Assembly (NCBI GenBank): GCA_046563655.1
Contig: CM102285.1
Span: 13,392,001-13,456,000 of the forward strand
Source: Yuukianura sp. NJ FZ-2021
Taxonomy: Eukaryota
Length of the DNA: 64,000 bases
Reading direction: 5' to 3'
This document shows, piece by piece, positions 39,301 to 52,645 of the stretch (its first letter is position 1; each line of letters opens with the position of its first letter). Position numbers and translations under genes: made by a program. The notes below the pieces were generated by a model. It saw only the letters and a program-made list of their open reading frames with translations. It did not search any database and had not been told where the DNA came from.

Positions 39301-42300
39301 CTCCTTTTCCGCTGAATCGCTTTTTAGTGGGTTTGGTAGATTTTTATCAAAAAACCCACCTCCTTCGACTCTCATTTCAGAAAAAGGCTGGAATTAATAA
39401 ACTCGTTTCTAATGTTCCAATTCTTTGTGAATTTTTGTTTTTGTGAAAGTTTGTGGAATGGGAAGTGTCCTGCACGCAGAGGGAGGGGCCTTTCTCCATG
39501 GCAGAGACTAAGGGAGAATAAGAGATGAGAAAGATAAAACAATTATAGCCTTTGTTTCTAATGAAGAAAGGGAGGACCACCACAGGCGAATCCTATTGGA
39601 TAAATAATCGGGCAGTCGGAAATGGACTGGACGAAAGTCGAGGGGTCTGGATGGTCAATTCGGGTTTTTCTGGAAGAAAGTTGCCCTATGGCTGATTTTA
39701 GTTTGCTTTCTCCTGTTGTTACTGTTTTTGCAGGAGAAAGTTCCCGCCTTGATGATGAAATCGGGAAAGGGCGGAGAAAGTGGCGTTTCATTAGCAAAAA
39801 CTTTGTTTTTCTGGATTCGTCGCAAATTAAAGAATTTTGTGTAGAGTTTGGGAAATGAAAGAAACGCCTTGCTTAGGTTTTAAATTGAATTGACATGGAC
39901 AATGCGTGTTTAAAGAAGCGGTGGGAACTTGAAGCGTTTTCACACGCTAACATAAGTGTAAATTGAGCCGTTGAAAACAAAAACGACGCCATCAGGCTTC
40001 TGTGACTGTCATTTTTTGAACATGCTTGTTTTTGAAAACTTTGTTGAAGAGCTAGCTAGTGAAGTAGAGACTTGTTGGATGGACTTGAAATTTTGATTTC
40101 TGAATGGATGAGAATCGTGACGGTGATTTTGGTTTTGTAGAAAATTAAATTCATTATGCTCCGTGTGTTGGTTTTTCTTAATTTTTTGTTTTGTTTTAAC
40201 TTTATTCCTTGAGTGTTATGTGTTGAACGGAAATGGAAATGAAATCAGTCAATCAGTTTGACAACTTCATCCTCGTTGTTTTTGATTTTCAAAGTTTTAC
40301 TGACACTGAGATTATGGGTTTTGAACTCGGCTAGTAAGCACGTTTCCTATTTTAAAAAATTGGTGCAGGATAAATTTTGATGATTGTTTTTGAGTTTGGA
40401 TTGATTCGATGTTGGTTAAAAAATTTCGGTGATTTTTTAACATTAAAATTTCATATTGTTTCAGTTAACATTACGTTTCGGAATAGACTGGTTAAAAAGT
40501 GAAGCATTTGTGTCGTAAAATGCAAGGAGACGCATTTTATGAAATTTGGAGAAAGTTTGTATTTTTATGGTGTCGTAGAAGATGGCCGGGAGCCTTTCAC
40601 TTTTTCGGAAATTGAATTAGGACTTAGGTGGTGGGGAGTTGTCGGACATGGGGGGTAAAGTAATATTATGAAAATGTTGTGGTGGGGCTGTGGTGGGTAA
40701 TAAGGAAAGTGGGTCCGGTGGATCTCATAAGTTTCCTCCATTCATGATGAGATGATGATGGATTGCGTTTGTTCTGGAGACTGGAGACTGAGATGAAAGC
40801 ACTAGAGGCCCAGCGGTCAGTCTTCAATTTTGTTTTGCTCCAGCCTCGTGCTGGACGCTGGAGAAAGCAGTGTTCGCTTTCGCTTCTAAATATGGATTCA
40901 AACATGTTTACAAAGTTAGTGGTTCTTTGCTTCGTCTGATCTGCATTGGTCTGGGATCGATTCTCGGTTTCGGCAAATTCTTAACATTTTAGTTGCAAAA
41001 ATACGTGCTCTTTCGTAGATGGACGCACATTCCGTCGTCATTTTTCTTTATTTCGGTCTTTTGGAAATGACTAATGCATCAGTGATCTTAAAAGTTTTAG
41101 TCCACAGAGAGTCAGGTTGGACATTTTCTTGATTTCAATACAAATTGAAAGATTTGAAAACAAAAATAGTTTTCGAAATATTTTTTTCTAATAACTTTCT
41201 TTTGGGAGTAGAAAGAAGCCGAAGAAGCTTAAGTTTGTGATTTTTGTTTGATTGAAAATGGAAGACGAAAAAAAACCTAAGGTTGAATAGAGTTTTGATG
41301 GATTTTGAGACAGTTGAACTTGTACTAAAGAAAAGACGAAGAAGGAGGAGATCACTTTGCAGTTGTACAGCAATACCTTTTCCTTCTTCTTGCCTGTCTT
41401 ACAATTTCCAAAGTTTAATGGATGTTGAAAAACTTATTTTTTTGAACACAAGAAGACATTTGGGTGACATTTCCAAATAGGGAGCTAAAAAGAAACTTGC
41501 AAGTTTTCCATCCACCCTCAATCCCAAACAATGCTGGCAGTACACCGGGGGAAGGTTCCTTCGTCAAAGGAAACTTTTTTTGAAGAAAAAAAACACTGAA
41601 AAAGTTATGAAATATTTATAATTTTCTTCTAAAACTCGTAAGATGCCATTCATTTTGTGTCTCAAAAAGGAAGAAGCAGAGAGAAAAAATTGAAAATTTG
41701 ATCCTGAACAAACAGCTAAGGCTGTTGGTTTTTTTAATAATAAAAACTGCGTAAGACTTTTGACACCCTGACTTTTCGGACTGTGTGGATTTTGAGAATG
41801 AGGACAATGGAAATCTTAAGCCTCTTGTGTAATTTAAGGTGGAGGGATATACGTTTTTGGACACAAAAAAAGAAGAGGGTGATGGTTTTGGACATAAAAA
41901 CCACCGTTCCATAAAAACGAATTATCTTCCTCTGCTTCTCTGACTTTGGATTTTGGCCTATTGTTCTCCTCTGACTTCTGGAAGAGGTTCGGCGGTTCGA
42001 ATCTCGGAAGCTGCAAGGGTATTATTTGGTCCAAAATTCCTGTAACATCTAACCCACCCGCACTCTGTTGTTGGCTCTTTGCTAACTATCCATTTCCGTA
42101 AAAGAAGAGATGAAGAGAATGATCTTTTACGAAGCCTTTTGTCACCTTCGTCTTCCAAAAGACTTTTCAATGTAATTATTCTCACAAGAAAAGCCGTGGA
42201 AAAGAAGGAACCAGGTGATCTTCCATTGTCTAACAAAATCCCAAGGACTTTTGGCTTTTCCAACATTTTCGGTGGGAAAAGAGACCCGCCTTCTGGTGAA

Positions 42301-45300
42301 ACGAACCGAAAAATCTGTCTTTTTTAACCAGGCTGAAATGATATTGAATTCTTAGAAAAAGAAAATTGGAAATTTTAGCCGCAAGACTGAGGCAGAGCTG
42401 GAATTTGACAAATTTCGAATAGAAGATCTCAAATTTTGGACATTATGTTTGAAATTTTATTTAATTTAACAAATTATTTGGTTATAATAACGATTTATTT
42501 AATTTTCCAAATTGATTTGTAGTATTCACCGAAAGAGCAAGTTTAGCTCTTCTGAATTTTGAATCGAGAAGGTAGGGTTTCCATAATTGAAAAATTTTGG
42601 AATTCGTTAATTTTAAATTTGTTAATTTGACTAGATTTGGAGAAAGTCCTCAAGTTAATGAAAGGAAAGCTGATTTATGCTCAAGTTTTGTTCAATTGTT
42701 GAATTGGTTTTGTTTGGTTAAATTTTGTATTCGAGAATTATTGAAGTGATGTATGATTGGGTTTGTTAGGGTATGTTTTGTACTAAAAAATTATTGGAGT
42801 GCTGTTGGATTACGTTAGTTAGATTAGGTTTTGGATTAGATTAGGCTAGGTTGGACTGGAGAACGTGAGGAAGATGGTTATTGATTTGAAGGGCGGGAGA
42901 CATGCATCATTTGGTCTGATTTGAAATTGGGTCACTTTCTCCTTGTGCTTTCTCTGTCTTTTCGTCCAAGCTGACGCGCTCAATTTTAAGTTTTTGTGCT
43001 CCGACTCTTGGATGCTGGATCGTGTGAGATGTGAATTGTAATTTGATGGAAAAGGACATTTTTTCTCCTTTGACATCTTTAATCCTAGGAATTGAAGTCT
43101 CACTCTCAAAGGACACTTTCCCCACTTTTTTCTTCCTTTTTGCATTGTATGACTCTTGGTCTGTTCTGTTGAAGCAGAGGATTTTACTTTCTTGTTCTTT
43201 CCCTATGCTAACGGATTCTAAAATGTTTCAAAAGTAATAAGACTCCTTTCTACATCTACTTTCACTCTAAAGTCCCCCTCCCTTTGGCTCTCTCCTTCAC
43301 GCCTCGATTGTCACCTTTCCCATTTTCCCCAAATCTTATTAAATTCCTCTCCTTTGCCTTCCAGAAGTTGTGCAACTGAGCCAGGGGTGGACATGGACGA
43401 GAGTATCCATGACAACATGGTCATTCTCACCAAGGCTACCCCTTTCTTTCTCCCTCCTCCTAGTTTTAGGTTTTAGTCTAATGGTTTTAGCCTTAAAAAG
43501 TCATTTTTTGGAATAGAAGGGAGTCCAGATGAGTCAAACCAAATAAAGGATCCACTTCACTTCGTTTAGGAAAAATAAGCTTGGACAGGCCAACTTTGTC
43601 CACCACCCCTTCTTTCAAAAAGTTAAAAAAAAACTAATGTAAAAAATGAGTTCAATTCCTTTGGAAGATACGATGATAAAGTATTAAAAAAATATGGAGA
43701 GGGAAAAAAATGAAAGTTTGGGGAAAGTAAAAACCCGGGAGATGGATTTTGTTTTGTCCCGGGTGAATTACACCCCTTTGCATCCAGCAGAAATGGATTA
43801 GGGGAATTTTTCCTGCACGCCTTTATATTTTTGGATGATGTACAACGTAGGATTGGAAATGAAAAAAATTGGACACAGATGAGACCTGAAAAAGTTGGAA
43901 TCGTGTGAGAACCTATTGTTTTTTTGATTTTTTAAAAATGTACTTCTTGTGCAGACACAAGACATGAAGGTACAATTAGCAGGGTGTAGAATTGCCAAGT
44001 CATTGCCGTCACTTTGGAGGGAGATGGACTTTAAGTTTTAATAATTCTTCAATGTTGAGATGGAGAAGTTCGATTGTTGCCTAATATGTTAATTGTTCAA
44101 TTGTTCTGTACGAAGAGTGATGGTGCAGGTTTAGATACAAAATGTGGATCTGTCTTTGTGATGATGATGAACAAGAACATGACAGAGGGAACGGTACTTG
44201 GTCTACTTCTGAGAAGAAAAAAATTAAAATAGTTACTCCCTCCATCACTGATGCTGTGATGACTACAGTCATTTTCTCAAACCTAAGTTCTCATTGTTAT
44301 ACTTTTTTGTACAGTTGAAATTAAAGGGAATGCAAATGAGAGTCAGGATTAAACAATCCAATTTTTCATGAATCATTCCACGATTTTTGACTCTTGTGTT
44401 TTTAAGGTTTTTGACCTCAAGGTCAATGCTTGGCGCAGGGCGGAACGACTAGACTAATCAAGTGGTGTCGGATTTTGTTAGATAGAATTTGTCAGCGTTT
44501 TTCGAAATTTCGGGATTTTTTTGGTTACATTTGCCAAAAAAAATTGGTTGAAGAGAAAAGTGTAATCTGATTGTTAGGGCGTGGGAAAATATAGCTCTTG
44601 GGGTTCAAAGTGAAGGACACTTAAATCGGCCCAATAAATCCTCTTTTGCCCATTTATTGAGTTAAAAACCAAAGGCAAAAAGAAGAAAAGTGGACAAAAG
44701 CGCGGGAAAAAGAGAAAGCCACCCAGAAATGGTAGAGAGAAGAGGTGACGGGCAAGGCGGAATCCGATTAGGAATCAAATGGAGCCAAAGAATTATGGAT
44801 TCTTTGAATTCCGAATTTCGTTTGCATTTTTATTCTTTTTGGTATAAAAAGAAAAATCTGGGTAGAGTTTGGCTTAAATTGGAAGAGAAAGCAGCACGTG
44901 GATACTTTTTTCAAAAAAGAAAAAAGTTTTCCTTTTTGAAAAGATTTTAGTTCAATTTTCAGCTCAATAATCCAATTATGATTTTTTCTTTAAAAGAAGA
45001 AGCCTTTCGTGCTGACCAGTTGAAGTGGAGAAAGTCTTTTTCTGAGGGGGCGGAAGAACTAAATTGGATTTAATTCCTTTCACTACTCCTTCCTACTTTT
45101 TTTCAACAGCAGCTTTACTGTCGTGCCCTTTGACCTCGCACTGTTCAGAACAGGGTGATTTTTTAAAGTCCTAATTTAAAAATTAGTTCCAAAAGGGAAC
45201 CTCTTGACTCTTCCAGTAAATCGTTTACACCTCCCTCCTCTCCTTCCAGTCTTCCAGACGCCTTTTCTAAAGTGACCATTACTTCAAGTACTACTTTCTC

Positions 45301-48300
45301 TTGGACTAAAAAGTTAACCAATGAGCTAAGGAAGACGAGAGTTTCCGTTAATTCACTTCATTTCATCTATTCAATTTCAACACTTTTTACAAAAATCGAC
45401 TTGATGCAGTTCCTCATTCACATTCGCACTTTCCCCAATTTTTCGGACTTTGACGCCGCTCACGTGCTTGAAAATTTTAAATTTGTCTATTTGGATTTTC
45501 ACAGTTCTCATGGTGGAATTGACGAAAAATATAAAGACGATTTGTTTTGTAATGACAATTTATTTTTAAATAGTAATTTAAACATTTGAGATTGATTTTT
45601 ATCGAGTAATATGGACAAAAATCACGAAATTTTCAAAGTACCCATTGCCAAAAGAACCAACTTTTGAGAATTAAATATCAAAGTAATTTGAAAACTTTTT
45701 TTAATCGAGTGACGTTAGTCTTGGCCAAACTAATTTCGGGTGATTGATTTGAAAGTTGACCTTAGGCGGTAAAAAATGTTGACCTGGAGGGTTGTAAATG
45801 GTCTTTTGTTTAATAGGAAGTGGTGGTGGTGCTAAGAGGTTTGATCTGATGAGGAACGTCTGTCTCTGTACAATTGATCTCCTCCCCCTTGTGCTCTACC
45901 CCCTGTGATGTAGACAATGAATTGGTCTCTCTTGTCCCTATGCAAATGAATTATGATTTACCCCTTTACTTTTTAAGAGAATATGAAGATGAGGGAGATT
46001 TTGAATGTTGATCTTGAGACGCAGCTCATCAACTGACTCTCCTCTTTGGAATTTGACTCTGACTGAGAGAGGGGGGCTGAAAGGGGTAGTTTTTGTGGAT
46101 GATCTTCTCTGTGTTATTAATTCCATATTCCAAAAGCCCTCTCTCTGGACTCCCCGTTGGCTTTATTAATTCCTCATTAATCATAACCACTTCCCAAAAG
46201 GAAACACATCTAACACTTAACTGCGTATCCGAGAAAGGAGAACCAACACCTCCAATTAACCTTTGCTAAGCTCCTAAGCTCCCTGGAGTGGTTGAAATTT
46301 CAACTTGGAGAGTATCAAGCTCCAAGTTGAAGCATGATCTGGTCAAAGCATAAATTTGGACAAAAGTAGCTCTGGAGATGCTTAGTCAGTTAGGTTGATG
46401 GGTTACGTAAGCTTAGATGTTGTTTTGAAGCTCAGTGTTTTAATTAGTGATGTCCACCTCCTGGTGGGAACCATGATGCTACGCTGTCCAGTTGTTGTTT
46501 CAGACAATTTCCATGGAATTAACTTACAATGATTAACGACTTGGACATGGACCTGGACGTGTTAATTTTCTCTAAATTTTTATCTTAAAATTCAATCCAG
46601 TCCTTCTTTCACAAAGCAGCTGACACTGCTTTTCAAAAATTATGAAAAAAGTAAATTATTTGTAACTCTAATTAGAAATTCTACAGAAAAAGTTGCAATT
46701 TGGAGACCGGAAAGTTGAGATGTCTGTGTAATTAGACTTTAGAGTTGAGAATATAAGTTGGAAGTTGGAATTCTGAATTAGAAAAAGTTGTTTTCATAGT
46801 TTTTTTTAAGGGAGAAAGTTGGAAAACGTCTTATTAAGTTAATCATGTCCTTAAGACGGGAAGTTAAGGAAGGAAGAGGGTTATGGGTATTCGATTCAAT
46901 TTAATTACCCCGGTCCTCGTGTAAAGTTATTTGATGAAGAGGAGAAAGTTGGAGAAAGCGGAAAGTTTAATCAAGATCCAACCTCGTTTTTTAGTTGCGT
47001 GGAGGAAATGAATAGACATTAGACAACGCTAGAAAAAAAGTCTTTTGAATTAACCAAAAGGAAATTACAATCTGGAAACTTAAAACCCGCATCCTCGTTA
47101 AGTTGAAGGAGAAAAAAAGAGAGGAAGAAAAAAGTTTTAATTAATCCCTGATTAAATTCTGAATAAAAGGAACTTTCCGGGCTTAGGGGAAGGGGACTTT
47201 CTCTTTTGGTAAACCAAAAAAAAGCGCTTTCTTCTTTTTTATAAATATGCTTAGCTCTATAACTTTTTTTTTGTCGTTTTGTGATTAATACCCGGGAGTT
47301 TTTTCAGCTTCCTATTTTAGAATTCTCTCCCCTTCTCAGGTCTAAGATTTTTTAGGAACTTTTCTCCCTTACTCCGATTTTTTTTCTAAGAATTTGTGAA
47401 ATTGAAAAAAACGTATTATAACTTGCCTTGTACAGCGTTTTATTGTGACTTAAAAATAAAAGTTCTGTCAGTTCCAATCACACATAGTAGAGTGAAAAAA
47501 ATTAGCACATCGCGCTACTGCATGTCGAACAAGAAAATAAAAACATTTGGACTTTTCAGGAAAAGCTGATATTAGATTACATAGTGAACGGTTCTATTGA
47601 AAGGTCGCTAAAATTTGCTGGTTTTGTTACAATTTTGCGAAATTTTTCAATTTTTGGTAAAAACGAAAATCAAATTTCAAAAAATAATACTTTTTCTTCG
47701 TTTTTTGTAGGTTCTTAGGACGTGGTTCGATGCAAGTATTTTCCAAGAGTCAATTCGAGAGTGTGATTGACTGGAAGGGTGAAGTAAAAGAATCGTTACT
47801 GGACATTGGAGCTGGTGATGGAGCCACGACGTCCCAAATGTCCCCCTACTTTGCTCAAGTGTTTGTTACGGAAATGTCATCTTCCATGAAGCGAGTTCTA
47901 ACACAAAAAGGATTCAAGTAAGAACTTTTTAAGCTTTAGCGTTTTTTTAGACCAGGGAAACCGGAGGGATGCTGATGCTGATGGTGGTGCTGCGTCTTGA
48001 GAGGTCATTGCTATTCAAGCAGAGTTTGAGGGGATTTTGAGGGCATTAATTAAATTAACTCTGCTTCCTGCTCTGCTGCTTTCTTGAAAGAGAGCAGAAA
48101 AAAACGAATTAAGTGGGGACTAGCTAATTTTGAGTACAACTCTCCCGGATGGTGTGAGATTGAAGTCACTTTAATTTAAAAGTGTCGCTTCGTTGGCACT
48201 TCCTGGAGGCTGCTGGAGAGAAAGAATTAAAAAAAAAACGCTTTCGTTTTAGAAAACTTTTTTTTTCTGGAGGAAGTAACTAAACTTAATGAGTAGAATG

Positions 48301-49303
48301 AACTCTCACAGCCAAGAAAAAAAATGAGTTTTCCGTAATTCATTTGGTGGGGAAGAAAAGAGTTTTTCCGCTTCTTGATTACACTACTTTCTTTTTTAAT
48401 TAATTAGAGAAGCTAATACGGTCATAGATAGTGAAAGTGGAGAAAGTAATGTGATCTCATTTCATTTAAAACGCAAAGGATTCATCTTCTCTTCCCATCA
48501 AGAGAAACTCATGAACCATCCCATGCGGAGATAAAAGAAACGAGAACCCACATTTCTTTCTTCTTCTTTTTTACGGAACAAGTCTTGATTTAATTAGAAA
48601 AATCCTATGAATAATAATTAACCACTTTCTCGCTTTTTTCAACGATGCCGGCGAAAAGTACTGCCAGTTTTTTTAACTGCCATCCATCAGCCCGTCTCTG
48701 AATCTGAAATGTTGAGATTAGACAAACGATTACTACTTTAATTCTAGAATTGCAATTAAGTTGAAATTGACATGAAGAAATGAAGTTTTTTTTACCTGGT
48801 TTACTTCAGAGTACTGGATGAGAAATGCTGGCATGAAGATGATGTCCAGTATGACATGATTTCCTGTCTCAATGTGCTAGACAGATGCGACGAACCTATG
48901 AAATTGCTGGACCAAATGAGGCAAAAGATGTTACGTCCAAACGGAACGGCTTTGGTATCTTTCGTAATTCCATTTGAGCCTTACGTTGAATTTGGTAAGT
49001 AAAATTTCGTTTACTAGCAGAAATAATTTAGCAAGGTTAGAAAGAAGATTTTTGGGTTGTTTGTAACGATTTTAATTTGGCTTGAATGTTACAGAGAGTA
49101 AAACCCATGAGCCAAAGGAATTGCTTCCAATTAAAGGGACCTCCTTTGAAGTTGAAGTGGTCACCTTTGTAGAGAAAGTGCTCAACCCCAGTGGCTGGGA
49201 ATTAATTAAATGGAGCCGTGTGCCTTACTTATGTGATGGTGATATTCATCAAGCCTATTATTGGCTTGATGATGCTCTATTCCTAATCCGACCTATAGAC
49301 TAA
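30362..49303 (+). CDS. METTL9: Protein-L-histidine N-pros-methyltransferase METTL9 (DREV family), 5 coding exons, 318 aa
   Basis: Exons 30362-30517, 33091-33290, 47711-47917, 48810-48994, 49095-49303; all GT-AG, phases consistent, 957 nt. Motifs TSINGFLGRGSMQVFS, LLDIGAGDG (SAM motif I), YDMISCLNVLDRCDEP and RVPYLCDGD..YYWLDDALF match recalled METTL9. The N-terminus is hydrophobic and signal-peptide-like. Confidence 0.93.
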
Positions 49304-49397
49304 ACAGGGAAAAGCGTAAAGTCCAAGTTAAACAGAGTATTATTTTGAATAGTTGAATCGTGTTAAACAAATTAATGCGAGGGTAAAACTATTTTTA

Positions 49398-49403
49398 AAT
49401 AAA
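49398..49403 (+). other. Putative poly(A) signal of METTL9
   Basis: AATAAA ~95 nt after the METTL9 stop codon. Confidence 0.5.
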
Positions 49404-49502
49404 ATTACGGTATAATGTAAGCGATGAAAACAGGATGGGCATTGAGGATCCTCTGTAAGCAGCGAAGATGATTTGCAAACGATGCGTCGGGAATCCGGTC
49501 AA

Positions 49503-50052
49503 TTATTTGGTCCAGGATACTTTCGGAATGTCATAATGTTCAGTCAAGTTGTCCAGTTGCTTGTTGAATTCTTCGACTCTCATCTTATGAGTCTTTGAGG
49601 CTTTATCCATAACACGCTTTTCTTGCTGTACAAATGCAAAAGGATTGTTAGTAACACGTCTCAATTCAATTCATAAATCTAAATGTCTTGTTGAACTTGA
49701 AGATACCATTTTTGCAGTGCTTTGGAGGTATCGAAGTTCGGCTTTCGTTTTGTTTAAATACGGATTCCGTTCTCTCATCTTTGCCTCAATTGCTGCTTCA
49801 ATATCTTGCTGATCTTCCTTCTTCGCCGCTGTAGATGCTTGCTGGTCTTCCTTCTTCTTTTCATCGGTCTTTTTCTTCTTCCTGTAATTATAATCATTGT
49901 GCTTTCATTAATCGCCTGAAATAATGCAGTACTTTGTGTATAGTAAACAGTAAAGGATATCGTTTTCGTTAGACTTACTTTTTGATTCCGTGATCCGCTA
50001 TACACTTCAGTTTCAATGATCCAGTTTTCGGAATTACGTCATATTCTGACAT
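49503..50052 (-). CDS. FAM32A: FAM32A homolog (small spliceosome-associated protein), 3 exons, 123 aa
   Basis: Exons 50052-49979, 49881-49707, 49625-49503 (372 nt, GT-AG, in phase). N-terminal GSLKLK..KKKKK and C-terminal KASKTHKMRVEEFNKQLDNLTEHYDIPKVSWTK match the FAM32A family. Confidence 0.95.
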
Positions 50053-50373
50053 AATTGAATTCACGCACTGTTCAAAATCAGCTGGATTGGATCGGTTCTT
50101 AATGTTTGTATTTAATGGCCACAGCTGGTGGTTCTCCGTTTCGTTGAATTGAATCTCCGAAATCCGAATTAAACAGTTGATCAAAAAAGATTCAAAATGC
50201 AAAAGTGTTTTGGTTTTTTATTTACAATTGATTTGAGTATCTATGAGGGGAGATCGACTGCTTTTCAATACGATTTGCTGCAAGATTTTTTTAAAAAACA
50301 CAAGCAAAAATTCCTTGCAGAAAATAGGGACGAACATTTTCTGCAAGCTTTTTCCTTGCAGAGAACGGAGGCG

Positions 50374-50494
50374 TTGTTACAAGAAGTTTGCGCAAAATCG
50401 ATCCGTTGTTATAAGAAACATGCGGAAAATCCAGATGTTGTTATAAAAAGATTGCGGAAAATCGAGACGTTGTTATAAGAAACATGCGGAAAAT
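50374..50494 (+). repeat. Four 32-bp subterminal repeats (left arm)
   Basis: TTGTTA starts at 50374, 50406, 50438, 50470; consensus ~TTGTTATAAGAAACATGCGGAAAATCGAGACG. Confidence 0.85.
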
Positions 50495-52427
50495 TTGAGG
50501 AATTGGAATTTTAAAAAATTCAGCTGAAATTCAACTTTTGGATATATTTGCCTTGCCGAGGATTCACGCTTACTCTACCGTCTTGAAATGTTGGTCCGCG
50601 TGAAAAATTGACCTGTTCTCCAACTTTTTGACGTGACCAAATTTTTAAAAATTCACTTGTACACTTACTTTTTGAGGATTTGGAATTTTGAAAAATTCAG
50701 CTGAAATTCAACTTTTGGATATATTGGCCTTGCCGAGGATTCACGCGTACTCTACCGTCTTGAAATGTTGGTCCGCGTGAAAAATTGACCTGTTCTCTAA
50801 CTTTTTGACGTGATCAAATTTTTAAAAATTCACTTGTACACTTACTTTTCGAGGATTTGGAATTTTGAAAAATTCAGCTGAAATTCAACTTTTGGATATA
50901 TTGGCCTTGCCGAGGATTCACGCGTACTCTACCGTCTTGAAATGTTGGTCCGCGTGAAAAATTGACCTGTTCTCTAACTTTTTGACGTGACCAAATTTTT
51001 AAAAATTCACTTGTACACTTACTTACTTTTTGAGGATTTGGAATTTTGAAAAATTCAGCTGAAATTCAACTTTTGGATATATTGGCCTTGCCGAGGATTC
51101 ACGCGTACTCTACCGTCTTGAAATGTTGGTCCGCGTGAAAAATTGACCTGTTCTCTAACTTTTTGACGTGATCAAATTTTTAAAAATTCACTTGTACACT
51201 TACTTTTCGAGGATTTGGAATTTTGAAAAATTCAGCTGAAATTCAACTTTTGGATATATTGGCCTTGCCGAGGATTCACGCGTACTCTACCGTCTTGAAA
51301 TGTTGGTCCGCGTGAAAAATTGACCTGTTCTCTAACTTTTTGACGTGACCAAATTTTTAAAAATTCACTTGTACACTTAACACTTACTTTTTGAGGATTT
51401 GGAATTTTGAAAAATTCAGCTGAAATTCAACTTTTGGATATATTGGCCTTGCCGAGGATTCACGCGTACTCTACCGTCTTGAAATGTTGGTCCGCGTGAA
51501 AAATTGACCTGTTCTCTAACTTTTTGACGTGACCAAATTTTTAAAAATTCACTTGTACACTTACTTTTTGAGGATTTGGAATTTTGAAAAATTCAGCTGA
51601 AATTCAACTTTTGGATATATTGGCCTTGCCGAGGATTCACGCGTACTCTACCGTCTTGAAATGTTGGTCCGCGTGAAAAATTGACCTGTTCTCTAACTTT
51701 TTGACGTGACCAAATTTTTAAAAATTCACTTGTACACTTACTTTTTGAGGATTTGGAATTTTGAAAAATTCAGCTGAAATTCAACTTTTGGATATATTGG
51801 CCTTGCCGAGGATTCACGCGTACTCTACCGTCTTGAAATGTTGGTCCGCGTGAAAAATTGACCTGTTCTCTAACTTTTTGACGTGACCAAATTTTTAAAA
51901 ATTCACTTGTACACTTACTTTTTGAGGATTTGGAATTTTGAAAAATTCAGCTGAAATTCAACTTTTGGATATATTGGCCTTGCCGAGGATTCACGCGTAC
52001 TCTACCGTCTTGAAATGTTGGTCCGCGTGAAAAATTGACCTGTTCTCTAACTTTTTGACGTGACCAAATTTTTAAAAATTCACTTGTACACTTACTTTTT
52101 GAGGATTTGGAATTTTGAAAAATTCAGCTGAAATTCAACTTTTGGATATATTTGCCTTGCCGAGGATTCACGCGTACTCTACCGTCTTGAAATGTTGGTC
52201 CGCGTGAAAAATTGACCTGTTCTCTAACTTTTTGACGTGACCAAATTTTTAAAAATTCACTTGTACACTTACTTTTTGAGGATTTGGAATTTTGAAAAAT
52301 TCAGCTGAAATTCAACTTTTGGATATATTGGCCTTGCCGAGGATTCACGCGTACTCTACCGTCTTGAAATGTTGGTCTCGGGAAAAATTGACCTGTTCTC
52401 TAACTTTTTGACGTGACCAAATTTTTT
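50495..52427. repeat. Tandem array of ~11 near-identical 177-bp units
   Basis: CAGCTG anchor at 50521, 50698, 50875, 51056, 51233, 51417, 51594, 51771, 51948, 52125, 52302. Period is 177, with two units of 181 and 184 from small duplications; a degenerate remnant extends to ~52500. Confidence 0.97.
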
Positions 52428-52529
52428 GACAAAATATAACTTTTACGTTTACTTTTCGAGGAATTCTAACTTACTAAACTTACTAACTAAAATTCAGCTG
52501 TCGTAAAATCTTAAAAGTGAATTATAATT

Positions 52530-52645
52530 TATAACAACGTCTCGCTTCTCCGCAAGTTTCCTATAACAGCGGCTCGATTCTTCGCAAGCTTCTTATAACA
52601 GCTCCTCGATTTTCCGCAAGCTTCTTATAACAACGTCTCGATTTC
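52530..52645 (-). repeat. Four 32-bp subterminal repeats (right arm, inverted)
   Basis: ATAACA starts at 52531, 52563, 52595, 52627; reverse complement of the left-arm unit. Confidence 0.85.

Noticed and set aside
30..46126. Most 60-130-aa ORFs in the ORF track
   Set aside because: F/L/K/S-rich translations typical of AT-rich non-coding DNA, often with non-ATG starts and no splice or homology support.
28351..46331. Isolated short hairpins (28351-28375, 34961-34989, 37904-37922, 46299-46331)
   Set aside because: Stems of 7-14 bp, too short for pre-miRNAs; no known mature miRNA recognised; no Helitron CTRR end or TSD.
50197..50478. ORFs of 93 and 67 aa
   Set aside because: They lie in the transposon arm and 32-bp repeats and show no transposase motifs.
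50495..52427. Regular array as a CRISPR locus
   Set aside because: Units are contiguous near-identical 177-mers with no unique spacers; eukaryotic context and no cas genes.
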